Notes: a model not told the origin generated them from the sequence alone. A DNA stretch of 64,000 bases from Eubacteriales bacterium (GCA_045652425.1 JAZRUG010000015.1:1240-65239); one strand, 5' to 3'; positions 1-10,317 are shown, counted from the first letter of the stretch. A program made the numbers and translations.

Positions 1-46
1 TACTGCGGCAATAAGCGGATTACCCTACGGGATAGAAATAAAACTC

Positions 47-77
47 GCACAAAAAGAAGGCGTGGTTCTTTTTGTGC
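47..77 (+). terminator. Perfect 12-bp hairpin (gcacaaaaagaa-N7-ttctttttgtgc); possible terminator of a gene ending at the window edge
   Basis: Inverted repeat read directly. No clean T-run follows, because it runs straight into a repeat element. Confidence 0.3.
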
Positions 78-156
78 CTTCTCCAGCGGAGAAGGTGTCG
101 AGGCAGAATACAGGCTTCATCAATACAATTACTTTGCTGCCGAGACGGATGAGGAG
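77..156 (+). repeat. Interspersed structured repeat, family 1, copy a (CCTTCTCC-N3-GGAGAAGG-GTGTCGAGGCAG ... CTTTGCTGCCGAGACGGATGAGG)
   Basis: Both ends are near-identical to 1902..1980. Has a terminal hairpin plus GTCGAGGCAG/CTGCCGAGAC long-range complementarity. Confidence 0.75.
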
Positions 157-198
157 AACATCTTTTTCGCTCTCCTCATCCACCACTATCGTGGTCCC

Positions 199-372
199 CC
201 TTCTCCGCTGGAGAAGGCGCTTACATTGTTCGCACGTACAAAAACAGCCTCCACTGTGTAAGGGGAGGTGGCATTTTCGTAAGAAAATGACGGAGGGGGT
301 GTTTCTGCTTTTCTTTACTTATTCAAACAATCCCTCACCGCCTACGGCGGAGCTCCCTTTACACAAGGGAGC
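199..372. repeat. Chain of short GC-rich hairpin modules
   Basis: ccttctcc-gct-ggagaagg 199..217; cattttc-gtaa-gaaaatg 272..289; ccgcc-tac-ggcgg 338..350; gctccctt-tacac-aagggagc 352..372. Confidence 0.5.
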
Positions 373-402
373 CTGACAATACGAGTACAAACTATACTGT
401 CA

Positions 403-568
403 GTCATTCTGAGTGGAGCGCCGTGTGGCGCGGAATCGAAGAATATCATTATCTCCGCACAAAAAACAATGGGATTCCTCGACTTCGCTCGGAATGACCA
501 TAGAAATTCTCTCTGTGCAGAAATAACGGAATTCCTCGACTGCGAAACAGAATGACTATAGAGATTAT
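403..568. repeat. Repeat family 2 (GTCATTCYGAG...CGAGGAATCC), three copies in mixed orientation
   Basis: Copies at 403..447 (+), 471..499 (-) and 528..556 (-). The last two sit inside a roughly 57-nt tandem unit (453..510 / 511..568). Confidence 0.7.
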
Positions 569-584
569 CTCTGTTTCTCCAACT

Positions 585-1625
585 TCACGAAAATATCTCT
601 TTTCTTACTTTCTTTAGTATCTCTGCATTTTTGGTAAAGTCCATAGCTTCTATATAGTACTTTTCAAGCGAAGTATGAATGTCGTATATCTCATCAAAAC
701 CTTTTTGCACTCCCTCGTAGAGCGAATTAAGGCACCGTCTTGCAAATCTGTTTTTCTGCTTATTGTTTCGTAAAACATCTACATCAACAAACCTATCCAT
801 ATTAATTTGCTTCTTGTTCAAATCGTCGTCCTCGCTTATTACGAAAGAACAACTTACCTCCGGCAAATATAGGGCAGACACGTTCGCAGTATCAAGATAT
901 GACGGGCTGTAAACCACCTTTAATCCCTTACTTTCAGCCTTTTTCAGTAACATATCCATAAAAAGACATCCTATACTGTAGCGGTCTCTTATTACATATT
1001 TATTATCGGCAAAATTATGGAAAGTATCGTAAATAATATGTCCCGCGTGGCTTATTCCCTCTACAGGACGGAGTTTTTTTGAAAAACCTTTTCCGTTTTT
1101 CCACCCCTTTGTTAAACGCTCTACCGCACCTTGCATTTTTTCATACAACACAGCGCGCTTGTTATACAATTTTATTTCGGCTTCTATCCTGCCCGCCGCC
1201 GCCAGATAGTTATATACGTTGTTATAAAGTCTGCCTTTTGCGTTTACCAATTCGAATATTGTTTGCGTTCTTTTTTGTAACACTTCCCCGTCCCAATTAT
1301 CGCCGAGATGTATAATCTTGTCTTTTACACCGGGGTATCGAGGATCATACGTATGGGGTGCCGTTCCATCTATAACAGCGGTATTCAACTCTTCTATTAT
1401 TATTCCGTCGAGTGATAACGGGTCAGCCGAGCAATAAAAATATTCTACGGAAAGTCTCTTGTTTTCGGCTTCGTCGGCTATTTTTCTGATAAAGCTTGAT
1501 TTCCCCGTACCTGGGCCGCCCTTTATTATGTACACCATATCAAGCTCACCGTATATCTCATTAAAATATGATACAAAACCCTTTTCGGTATTTGCAGATG
1601 CAAAGTACTTTTTTTCGTTCTGCAT
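585..1625 (-). CDS. P-loop NTPase of unknown function (PRK06851-like ATPase)
   Basis: 346-aa ORF with Walker A GGPGTGKSS near the N-terminus. Bracketed on both sides by repeat elements. Confidence 0.7.
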   Translation of the reverse strand: MQNEKKYFASANTEKGFVSYFNEIYGELDMVYIIKGGPGTGKSSFIRKIADEAENKRLSVEYFYCSADPLSLDGIIIEELNTAVIDGTAPHTYDPRYPGVKDKIIHLGDNWDGEVLQKRTQTIFELVNAKGRLYNNVYNYLAAAGRIEAEIKLYNKRAVLYEKMQGAVERLTKGWKNGKGFSKKLRPVEGISHAGHIIYDTFHNFADNKYVIRDRYSIGCLFMDMLLKKAESKGLKVVYSPSYLDTANVSALYLPEVSCSFVISEDDDLNKKQINMDRFVDVDVLRNNKQKNRFARRCLNSLYEGVQKGFDEIYDIHTSLEKYYIEAMDFTKNAEILKKVRKEIFS

Positions 1626-1790
1626 TAAAATATCTCCCTTTAAATTAGTATTTCATTGATATTCTATGCAAAACTCTTCAATGGTGTTAAAAAGTGGCAA
1701 AGTCAAATTAATAAAATAGTATACACGACCTCATCCGGCGCACCGCATAAAGAACAATAGAGAATCAAAGATTACTTGCGGTACGACACG

Positions 1791-1980
1791 TTCTCCCACC
1801 GGAGAAGGTACTATGTACAAGCTTTCCGTTCATTAAAAAAATTGTTATACCTTCATTCCCTTCTTGTAACTACAGTTTTAAGAAGCCTGTATAAACAAAG
1901 ACCTTCTCCGGTGGGAGAAGGTGTCGAGGCAGTGCACAAACTTTACTCATCTTATCACTTTGCTGCCGAGACGGATGAGG
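1791..1980 (+). repeat. Repeat family 1: partial hairpin (1791..1806) and full copy b (1902..1980)
   Basis: ccttctcc-ggtg-ggagaagg-gtgtcgaggcag ... ctttgctgccgagacggatgagg aligns with 77..156. Confidence 0.75.
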
Positions 1981-2093
1981 TCGTAAAAACAATCAATTCT
2001 ATTGTTTATTGTGCAAACCTATCTTATTTAATAATTTGAGCAATAGAAATGGGCTAAGTTGATAAAACTCAGCCCATCTTTTTTCGCTTTTTT

Positions 2094-5000
2094 TTATTTA
2101 AAGTATTCTACACCTGACAAGAATATCTTCTGGTCCTGTTCACCTGGAACGTTTATTGCAACACCGTTGCCAATACGTTCGCTGTGCGCCATCTTACCGA
2201 GTATTCTGCCGTCGGGGCTTGTAATACCTTCAATAGCATAGTCAGATGCGTTGGGGTTAAAGGTAATATCCATCGTGGGATTACCCTTTTCGTCAACGTA
2301 CTGCGTAGCTATCTGTCCGTTTGCCGCAAGCTGTCTCAATATTGCTTCGGGAGCAGTAAATCTACCTTCACCGTGGCTTATCGGAACTGTGTGAACGTCG
2401 CCTGTATTTACATTAGCAAACCAAGGTGACTTAACCGACGAAATTCTCGTCTGTACCATCTGCGACTGGTGTCTGCCAATAGCATTGAAAGTAAGCGTAG
2501 GACTGTCGTTGTCCATAGTATCCATAATCTTACCGTAAGGCAAAAGTCCCGATTTAACGAGTGCCTGGAAACCATTACAGATACCGAGCATAAGACCGTC
2601 TCTGTTTTCGAGAAGGTTTGTTACTGCTTCTTTAACCATAGGATTACGGAGTACTGCAGTAATAAACTTACCTGAACCGTCGGGTTCGTCGCCGCCGCTG
2701 AAGCCACCGGGAAGCATAAGAATCTGGCTGTTGTTTATCTTTTCTGCAAACTCTTTAATAGACTGTGTAAGAACGTCGGAGTTGATGTTGCGGAGAACGA
2801 ATATCTCTGCCTCTGCTCCTGCTCTTTCAAACGCTCTTGCCGTATCGTATTCGCAGTTTGTACCGGGGAATACGGGAATAATTACGCGAGGCTTTGCAAC
2901 CTTTATGCTAGGTCTTGCAATATTTCTTTCGGTATATGCAAATGTCTCTGTAGTATCTCTGCCAATACCCTTTGCTTCTGTCGGGAATACCTTCTGCAAG
3001 GGAGCTTCCCAAGCTTCTTTGAGTTCTTTTACGCAAACTGTTTCGCCGTTAAGCTTGATAACAGCTTCGCTTAATGTCTTACCAAGAAGCTTACCTTCTG
3101 CCGTAGAGTCGGTTTCAACGATATATGCGCCGTAACCATTCTTAAGAAGTTCTTTCATATCGGTGTTTTCAGCAAACTCAAAACCGATTTCATTACCGAA
3201 GGTCATCTTTGCGATACCTTCTGCAATACCGCCAAAGCCGAGTGTATATACCGCTTTTGCCTTCTTATCAGCAATAAGCGAATGGATATAGGTGTAAACC
3301 TTCTTCAAGGATTCGAAGCATACGATACCGTTTTCGTCATATTCGGGAGTAATGAGATATATGTTATTTCCTGCCGCCTTGAATTCGGGAGTTGTAATAT
3401 TCTGCAATTTTGTCGCCGCACAAGCAAACGATACGAGCGTGGGGGGAACGTCGATATTTTCAAACGTACCACTCATACTGTCCTTACCGCCGATAGCCGC
3501 AAGTCCAAGCTCTGTCTGAGCCTTGAATGCACCAAGGAGAGCCGCGAAGGGTTTGCCCCATCTTTCAGGCTTATTGTTCGTTCTTTCAAAATATTCCTGG
3601 AAAGTAAGATAACAATCTTCAAAGGGTACGCCTGCCGCAACCATTCTCGATACGCTTTCTACTACCGCATAGAGTGCGCTGTGGTAAGGGCTCTTGTCTG
3701 CTATCATGGGGTTATAGCCGTATGCCATAACGGATACTGTATTTGTTTCACCCTTGAGTACGGGAAGCTTTGCCGCCATAAACTGAGGAGCTGTAGACTG
3801 TGTCTTACCGCCGTAAGGCATTACAACGCTACCTGCACCGATAGACGAGTCAAAACGGCTTACCAATCCTCTCTGCGAACAAACGTTAAGGTCGCCAACA
3901 AGAGAAGCAAAGCTTTCTTTTACGGTTGCCTTTGCGTGAGAACCGGCAGAGGAATCGAATATATCTGCAACTTCTGCTTTGAGAACAGAAATCTCCGTAT
4001 GCTTTTCTGCGCCGTTTGAGTTGAGGAATTCACGAGACAGGTCAACGGTCGTCTTGCCGTTCCAATGCATTCTGAGTCTCTTCTCTTCGGTAACTCTTGC
4101 AACAACTGTAGATTCAAGGTTTTCACCGAGAGCAAGCTGCATAAACTTTTCTGCATCCTTTGCTCTTACTACAACTGCCATTCTTTCCTGTGATTCGGAT
4201 ATTGCAAGTTCGGTACCGTCAAGTCCTTCATACTTCTTCGGTACTTTTGAAAGGTCTATATCAAGTCCGTCTGCAAGCTCACCGATAGCAACGGAGATAC
4301 CGCCTGCGCCAAAGTCGTTACAACGTCTGATAAGAGTAGTAGCTTCTTTTGAACGGAAAAGTCTCTGCAATTTTCTTTCTTCGGGGGGATTACCCTTCTG
4401 TACTTCTGCGCCGCACTTAACAAGGGATTCTGCTGTGTGCGCCTTTGATGAACCCGTTGCACCGCCGCAACCGTCGCGACCTGTTCTTCCGCCGAGAAGG
4501 ATTACAACGTCGCCGTCTTCGGGAACTTCTCTGATTACGTTTTCTGCGGGAGCCGCACCTACAACTACGCCTATTTCAAGTCTCTTTGCAACGTAGTTGG
4601 GGTGATATATTTCATTAACGCTACCGGTAGCAAGACCAATCTGGTTACCGTATGAAGAATAACCGTTTGCAGCACCTGTAGTTATTTTAGACTGAGGAAG
4701 CTTGCCGGGCATAGTTTCGCTTACTTTCTTGCGGGGATCTGCAGCACCGGTAACACGCATTGCCTGGTATACGTACGATCTACCTGAAAGCGGATCTCTG
4801 ATAGCACCGCCGAGACAAGTTGCCGCACCACCGAAAGGCTCAATTTCTGTGGGGTGGTTGTGAGTCTCGTTCTTGAACATCAAGAGCCAATCCTGCTCTT
4901 CTCCGTCAATTTCAGCCTTGATCTTAACGGAACAAGCGTTTATCTCTTCGGACTCATCGAGATTCTTGAGTATACCCTTCTTCTTGAGATATTTTGCAGC

Positions 5001-5825
5001 CAAAGTACCTATATCCATCAAGGTCATAGGCTTCATCTTTTTACCTGCATATACTTCTTCTCTCTTTGCAAGATAATCTTTATATGTATCTGCAATAAAG
5101 GAATCTTCTATTTTAACGCCGTCAATATGAGTAAGGAAAGTTGTATGACGGCAGTGGTCGGACCAGTAGGAGTCTATAAGACGAAGCTCTGAAAGTGTAG
5201 GATCTCTCTTTTCCTCGTCTCTGAAATGCTTAACGCAGAATTCAACGTCATCTTCATCCATAGCTAAAGCATATTTAGCTATAAAGCCCTTGAAATCGGG
5301 TCTTGTCATCTTGATGAAACCTTCAATGGTAGGAACCATATCTGGCATTTCGTGCTTTTCTTCCAAAGATACGGGCATTTCAAAAGATGCTTCGCGGCTT
5401 TCAACGGGGTTGATTACGTATTTCTTTATGCTTTCAACTTCGCTGTCAGATACGTTACCCGAAAGAATGTAAATTCTTGCAGTCTTTACAATAGGTCTGT
5501 CCCCCTGTGTAAGAATCTGAATACACTGTGAACACGAGTCTGCACGCTGGTCAAACTGTCCGGGCAGATACTCTACGGCAAAAAGTTTGTCTTCCTTGCC
5601 GTATTCAATATTTTCCGTAGCCACGTCTGTCTGCGGCTCTGAAAAAATTGTATATTTTGCTTTCTCAAAAATCTCTTCGCTGATACCCTCAACATAATAT
5701 CTGTTGATAAGTCTGACATTTTCAAGTCCGCCTATCATCAAGTTTTCGCGAAGATCTCTCTTCACGCCTTCCGCTTCAATACGGTTGTCCTGTTTTCTTT
5801 CAACAAAAACTCTGAAAACGCTCAT
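2094..5825 (-). CDS. purL: Phosphoribosylformylglycinamidine synthase, single-chain large form
   Basis: 1243 aa. Has PurS-like N-terminus, duplicated AIR-synthase-like core (ETHNHPTEIEPFGGAATCLGGAIRD) and C-terminal GATase (GICNGFQAL, HSE). Confidence 0.95.
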   Translation of the reverse strand: MSVFRVFVERKQDNRIEAEGVKRDLRENLMIGGLENVRLINRYYVEGISEEIFEKAKYTIFSEPQTDVATENIEYGKEDKLFAVEYLPGQFDQRADSCSQCIQILTQGDRPIVKTARIYILSGNVSDSEVESIKKYVINPVESREASFEMPVSLEEKHEMPDMVPTIEGFIKMTRPDFKGFIAKYALAMDEDDVEFCVKHFRDEEKRDPTLSELRLIDSYWSDHCRHTTFLTHIDGVKIEDSFIADTYKDYLAKREEVYAGKKMKPMTLMDIGTLAAKYLKKKGILKNLDESEEINACSVKIKAEIDGEEQDWLLMFKNETHNHPTEIEPFGGAATCLGGAIRDPLSGRSYVYQAMRVTGAADPRKKVSETMPGKLPQSKITTGAANGYSSYGNQIGLATGSVNEIYHPNYVAKRLEIGVVVGAAPAENVIREVPEDGDVVILLGGRTGRDGCGGATGSSKAHTAESLVKCGAEVQKGNPPEERKLQRLFRSKEATTLIRRCNDFGAGGISVAIGELADGLDIDLSKVPKKYEGLDGTELAISESQERMAVVVRAKDAEKFMQLALGENLESTVVARVTEEKRLRMHWNGKTTVDLSREFLNSNGAEKHTEISVLKAEVADIFDSSAGSHAKATVKESFASLVGDLNVCSQRGLVSRFDSSIGAGSVVMPYGGKTQSTAPQFMAAKLPVLKGETNTVSVMAYGYNPMIADKSPYHSALYAVVESVSRMVAAGVPFEDCYLTFQEYFERTNNKPERWGKPFAALLGAFKAQTELGLAAIGGKDSMSGTFENIDVPPTLVSFACAATKLQNITTPEFKAAGNNIYLITPEYDENGIVCFESLKKVYTYIHSLIADKKAKAVYTLGFGGIAEGIAKMTFGNEIGFEFAENTDMKELLKNGYGAYIVETDSTAEGKLLGKTLSEAVIKLNGETVCVKELKEAWEAPLQKVFPTEAKGIGRDTTETFAYTERNIARPSIKVAKPRVIIPVFPGTNCEYDTARAFERAGAEAEIFVLRNINSDVLTQSIKEFAEKINNSQILMLPGGFSGGDEPDGSGKFITAVLRNPMVKEAVTNLLENRDGLMLGICNGFQALVKSGLLPYGKIMDTMDNDSPTLTFNAIGRHQSQMVQTRISSVKSPWFANVNTGDVHTVPISHGEGRFTAPEAILRQLAANGQIATQYVDEKGNPTMDITFNPNASDYAIEGITSPDGRILGKMAHSERIGNGVAINVPGEQDQKIFLSGVEYFK

Positions 5826-7135
5826 ATTAACTCTCCCTCTGTCATTCCGTCTTTTTCATTATATTTTTTCAAAATGACACTTTTAAGTTTTCCGCTTAAA
5901 TTTTCGTCATTTCTAACTTTTACATAAATAAAATTACTTGTGTGTCCGTACCAATATCCGTTTCTTTCGGTTTCGATCAACACTTCAAGTATTGTTTGGT
6001 TTTCAATAAACCCATCAATACACCTTTTTTTCGTCGCGTCGGCAATTTCTTGCAGTTCTTTGTGCCGTTTTATTTTCACTTCATTATCTAACTGCTCTTT
6101 CATTTTTGCCGCTTCAGTATCAGGTCTTATCGAATAAGAGAAAATGTGGCTGTTTAGTATCCCAAGTGAATCCACAAACTCTAACGTATTCTTGTGGTCT
6201 TCTTCATTCTCCCCCGGAAATCCTACGATAAAGTCTGAACCAAACGTTACATTCGGTATTTTCTCTCTCATATAGCTAACGCATTCGGCTATCATCTTCG
6301 TATTATACCGCCGCCTCATTGCATTAAGCGTTTTGTCTGTACCGCTTTGTAAAGACAAGTGATAATGTGGCATAGGCTTTTTCAAAACCGCCAACCTATC
6401 AATTATAGGTTTCTTCAAGTACGCAGGTTCTAAAGAACCAAGCCTTATTCGCTCAAGCCCCTCTACGTTTTCAAGTTTCTCAAGCAAATCAATTAAGCTA
6501 TAATCTTTTCCCGCGCCGTAGGCCGCCGTTTCTATTCCGACAAGCACTATTTCGCGGTAGCCATTAGCAACTATATTTTTTACTTCAACCAAGACTTCGT
6601 CAATAGGCTTTGAACGTACACATCCTCTTGCTTTGGGAATTATGCAGTAAGAACACTTGTTATTACACCCGTCTTCAATCTTCAAAAACGCTCTCGTTCT
6701 GTCCTGCGTCGTCGCTTCCATAGCCTCAAACTCGGCATTAAACGGATTGCCTACATTAATTTCCGAACTTTCATTCTTGCCGTTTTCTACAAGACTGATA
6801 GCCTTTTCAACTATTTTAAGTTTGTCGGTAGTGCCGCCAATATAATCGACTCCCGAAATCCCCGCCGTCTCCTTTGGGAATATCTGCGAATGACAACCGC
6901 AAACAAGAACTTTAGCATCCGGATTATTCTTAATCGCACGTCTTATAATCTGCCTTGATTTGCGATCACTCTCGGCTGTTACCGTACAAGTGTTTATTAT
7001 ATAAACGTCGCACTTTTCGGAAAAGTCCACTATCTCAAAACCGCGCTCCGAAAGCTTGTCCATAATAGCTTCGCTTTCGTATAGGTTTACACGGCACCCT
7101 AACGTATATATCGAAGCTTTATACTTTTTGTCCAT
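5822..7135 (-). CDS. mtaB: Radical SAM methylthiotransferase, MtaB/MiaB family
   Basis: N-terminal UPF0004 cysteines (GCRVN, NTCTVT, CGC), radical SAM CSYCIIPKARG and a TRAM-like C-terminus. Stop overlaps the purL start (ATGA). Confidence 0.85.
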   Translation of the reverse strand: MDKKYKASIYTLGCRVNLYESEAIMDKLSERGFEIVDFSEKCDVYIINTCTVTAESDRKSRQIIRRAIKNNPDAKVLVCGCHSQIFPKETAGISGVDYIGGTTDKLKIVEKAISLVENGKNESSEINVGNPFNAEFEAMEATTQDRTRAFLKIEDGCNNKCSYCIIPKARGCVRSKPIDEVLVEVKNIVANGYREIVLVGIETAAYGAGKDYSLIDLLEKLENVEGLERIRLGSLEPAYLKKPIIDRLAVLKKPMPHYHLSLQSGTDKTLNAMRRRYNTKMIAECVSYMREKIPNVTFGSDFIVGFPGENEEDHKNTLEFVDSLGILNSHIFSYSIRPDTEAAKMKEQLDNEVKIKRHKELQEIADATKKRCIDGFIENQTILEVLIETERNGYWYGHTSNFIYVKVRNDENLSGKLKSVILKKYNEKDGMTEGELI

Positions 7136-7296
7136 TTATATCTCCGTAAATATACTTAATCAATATATTCTAACATTTTTTTGTGATTCTGTAAACAGTA
7201 TTTTCATATTTTTTCGTATATTTTATTTTTTTATTGCAATTTCCACAATAAAATGATATAATAACTTTAATTCTATTCCTAAAAAGGAGTAATTTT

Positions 7297-8250
7297 ATGC
7301 GGACTCTTACCGTAAAAGAAAACGATGCGGGGCAAAGGCTTGACAAGTTTTTGATAAAAACATTAAAAACACTCCCCCTTTCCCTTATGTATAAACAGAT
7401 AAGAACGAAGAAAATAAAAGTAAACAGAAAACGCACCGAGCCTAAATATATCTTGCAAAACGGCGACACGGTTGAACTGTTTATTGCAGAAGAATTTTTT
7501 GAAAAGAGTTCTCAATCCGAGGCGTTTACACAACTGAAGTCTAATTTAGACATTGTATACGAAGACAAAAACATTCTCCTTGCAGACAAACGCCCCGGGC
7601 TTATCGTTCATTCCGATTCAAAAGAAGATACGAAGACGCTTATTAATCATATAAAAGCATATCTTTATCAAAAGGGCGAATATGCCCCCGAAAGCGAAAA
7701 CTCTTTCGCCCCCGCGCTTTGTAACCGTATCGACAGAAATACTGGCGGTATAGTTATTGCTGCAAAAAATGCAGAAACGTTGCGTATTCTTAATCAAAAA
7801 ATAAAAGACCGCGAAATAACAAAAAAATATCTTTTGGCAGTTCACGGCAGAGTTTTACCCAAAAACGGTACAATTAAAAACTTTATACTAAAAGACGAAA
7901 AGACTAACACCGTCAAAGTTTACGAAACCCAAGTAAAAGGCTCAAAAACAGCCGAAACGAAGTATAGGGTTATTGAAGAAAGGAACAACCTTACTCTTAT
8001 TGAAGCCGAGCTTTTGACGGGCAGAACCCATCAAATAAGAGCGCAGTTTTCGTATATAGGTCATCCACTTCTCGGCGACGGCAAATACGGCATCAATAAA
8101 GACGACCGAAAGTCAGGTTACAAATGCCAAGCCCTTTATTCATACAAATTAGGCTTTGATTTCACGACAGAATCCGGTATTTTATCCTATCTCAAAGGCA
8201 AGTCGTTTGAAGTAAAAAAAGATAATATATATTTTCTAAAGGAGTTTTGA
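7297..8250 (+). CDS. RluA-family 23S rRNA pseudouridine synthase (RluD-like, S4 domain)
   Basis: RLDKFL S4-like N-terminus; HRIDRNTGG-type and GRTHQIRAQF motifs; AAGGAG RBS. Confidence 0.9.
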   Translation: MRTLTVKENDAGQRLDKFLIKTLKTLPLSLMYKQIRTKKIKVNRKRTEPKYILQNGDTVELFIAEEFFEKSSQSEAFTQLKSNLDIVYEDKNILLADKRPGLIVHSDSKEDTKTLINHIKAYLYQKGEYAPESENSFAPALCNRIDRNTGGIVIAAKNAETLRILNQKIKDREITKKYLLAVHGRVLPKNGTIKNFILKDEKTNTVKVYETQVKGSKTAETKYRVIEERNNLTLIEAELLTGRTHQIRAQFSYIGHPLLGDGKYGINKDDRKSGYKCQALYSYKLGFDFTTESGILSYLKGKSFEVKKDNIYFLKEF

Positions 8251-8253
8251 GTT

Positions 8254-9171
8254 ATGTTAGAATTAATAAAAAAAATATATCGAAAACTTTCAAACAGCAA
8301 ATTAAGTCCTTTAATAAACAAGTTTTTTGACTTTTTATCAATATTTGAATATAATTTTCTTTGTTTAAGTTGCTTGATTAAGGGCAATAAAATGCCAAAT
8401 AAACAAGAAATAGAGTTAATGAAAAATAATGTTACGGTTATATTCAAATCTTTCGAAAGGCAAAAAAAGGCAAAACAACTGTACAAATGCATTCAAAGAT
8501 ATTATCCAGGAACTAAAGTAATTATTGCCGATGACAGTGCAAAACCGCTTAACATTAAAGGCAACAATCTTGAAATTATACAATTGCCCTTTAACAGCGG
8601 AATAAGCTACGGTTTGAACTGTGCGCTCGAAAAAGTTAACACGCCTTTTCTGATTCGCTTGGATGATGACCAAATGCTTACTCCCGCCACAAAATTCCAC
8701 AATCATCTTAATTTTCTTTTTGAACATCCCGAGGTTGATATTGTAGCGGTTTTATATAAAGATCTTTTGCATCGATTAGACCTGAAAAAAATGCTTGATT
8801 TTTATTCCAGCCAAACTATGAGCAACGCTCCCAAAAAACTCTTAATTCCCCATATGACTTATATTGATAAAACTCACATTGTTTTAGCTAAACCGCCTCA
8901 AAAAATAATAGCAAGAACTGATGTTATGAAAAAAATAGGATATGACAACAATATAAGAATGCTTGACCATAATGAGTTTTTCTTCCGCGCATCTGGGGTT
9001 GCTGTTTCCGTTGTTGAAACAACCTCGTTCTTATACCACAGACATAATACTTTTGATAAGAATTATAACAAATATCGCAACGACTACGAAAAAGACGTAG
9101 AATACATTAAGCAAAAATCAAGACGTCTTATCGCTGAAGAAAAAGCAAAAAACACTACTGACAATACATAA
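8254..9171 (+). CDS. Family 2 glycosyltransferase
   Basis: VTVIFKSFERQ...KVIIADDS...RLDDD pattern. AAGGAG RBS lies inside the end of the upstream gene. An alternative start at 8392 is possible. Confidence 0.7.
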   Translation: MLELIKKIYRKLSNSKLSPLINKFFDFLSIFEYNFLCLSCLIKGNKMPNKQEIELMKNNVTVIFKSFERQKKAKQLYKCIQRYYPGTKVIIADDSAKPLNIKGNNLEIIQLPFNSGISYGLNCALEKVNTPFLIRLDDDQMLTPATKFHNHLNFLFEHPEVDIVAVLYKDLLHRLDLKKMLDFYSSQTMSNAPKKLLIPHMTYIDKTHIVLAKPPQKIIARTDVMKKIGYDNNIRMLDHNEFFFRASGVAVSVVETTSFLYHRHNTFDKNYNKYRNDYEKDVEYIKQKSRRLIAEEKAKNTTDNT

Positions 9172-9177
9172 AATAAC

Positions 9178-9209
9178 AGAGAGCATACGAATTTATCCGT
9201 ATGCTCTCT
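9178..9209. terminator. Bidirectional hairpin between convergent genes
   Basis: agagagcatacg-N8-cgtatgctctct, a 12-bp perfect stem. Confidence 0.7.
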
Positions 9210-9215
9210 AGTATT

Positions 9216-10199
9216 TTATAACATATTTTTTCTTAAAGTTTCGCCGTCGAGCGAAGAAAGATATGCAGGGGGAATATCAAATATTGTTTTGCAACCTTTC
9301 TGTCCTTCTTTGTGCATTCTATAAGCAGCACGTGCACATGCAACGAGTACACTTGCAGTAAACTCGGGATTCGAATCAAGTTTCAACGAATATTCAACAA
9401 CGTGTGTCGATTTACCGCCGTTGGTCTTCCCCGTTCTTATGACAAAACCTCCGTGCGGAATTCCCGAATGGTCTCTTTCGAGTTCTTCTTCGGTTATGAA
9501 ATTAACGGTAGTATCATAGTCGGCAAAGTATGCGGGCATTTCCTTTATCTCTTTTTCGATTCTTGCTTTATCTGCACCCTCTTCGGCAACTACAAAACAT
9601 TCTCTCGTATGCTTTTCTCTCGTTGTAAGAACAGGATTTTCGCCGTTTCTTACTCTTTCCAATGCGCTCTCAACAGGGATTGTATATTGCTTTGCGTTCT
9701 TTACGCCTTCAATTCTGCGTATAGCGTCGGAATGGCCCTGGCTTACACCCTTGCCCCAGAAAGTATATGTCTCTCCTACAGGCAAAATAACACTGCCGTA
9801 AAGACGGTTCAACGAAAACATACCGGGGTCCCAGCCTGCCGATATAACACTGACGTAACCACCGTTCTTTGCGGATTTATCAACGTTTTCAAAATGTGTC
9901 GGTATCATCGAATGGTTGTCAAAGCTATCGACAACATTGAAATATTTTGCATACTCGGGGGTCTGTACGGGAAGGTCGGTTGCGCTTCCTCCGCATATTA
10001 TAAGAACATCTATCTTGTCCTTATAATTCAATATCTCATCTGTATGAAGTACAGGTACACCCTCTGTATTTATCTTAACATTTGACGGATCACGTCTTGT
10101 AAAAACTGCTTCAAGAGTCATATCGGCATTATCCTTTATCGATGCCTCTGCTCCCCTTGCAAGATTTCCGTAACCTACTATACCAATTCTTATGCTCAT
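9216..10199 (-). CDS. ddh: meso-Diaminopimelate D-dehydrogenase
   Basis: Aligns end to end with my recollection of Corynebacterium Ddh (IGIVGYGNL, GWDPGMFS, FWG.G.SQGHSDA.RRI.GV, PHGG, NPEFTAS). Confidence 0.9.
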   Translation of the reverse strand: MSIRIGIVGYGNLARGAEASIKDNADMTLEAVFTRRDPSNVKINTEGVPVLHTDEILNYKDKIDVLIICGGSATDLPVQTPEYAKYFNVVDSFDNHSMIPTHFENVDKSAKNGGYVSVISAGWDPGMFSLNRLYGSVILPVGETYTFWGKGVSQGHSDAIRRIEGVKNAKQYTIPVESALERVRNGENPVLTTREKHTRECFVVAEEGADKARIEKEIKEMPAYFADYDTTVNFITEEELERDHSGIPHGGFVIRTGKTNGGKSTHVVEYSLKLDSNPEFTASVLVACARAAYRMHKEGQKGCKTIFDIPPAYLSSLDGETLRKNML

Positions 10200-10317
10200 T
10201 AAAAACCAAACCTTTCTTTGCCTTTTGTATTACTTTATATACAAATTGTTTTATCATTATTCATATATTTGTTTACCGCCGAATAAAATGTACAAATTCA
10301 TATCGGAGGAATAATTT

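Noticed and set aside
62-376. 104-aa ORF on the plus strand
   Set aside because: It lies entirely within hairpin repeat modules, has no RBS and a low-complexity, repeat-derived translation. ORF 1776..2039 is rejected for the same reasons.
453-568. Tandem ~57-nt units as a possible CRISPR array
   Set aside because: There are only two diverged units with no unique spacers and no cas genes. They are better explained as duplicated family-2 repeat context.
3282-4596. Long antisense ORFs inside purL (245 aa and 205 aa)
   Set aside because: They are shadow ORFs opposite a strongly supported 1243-aa gene, with low-complexity translations. The same applies to 9312..10085 (opposite ddh), 34177..35094 (opposite ALDH), 49327..49890 (opposite adhE) and 54858..55403 (opposite the SSS transporter).
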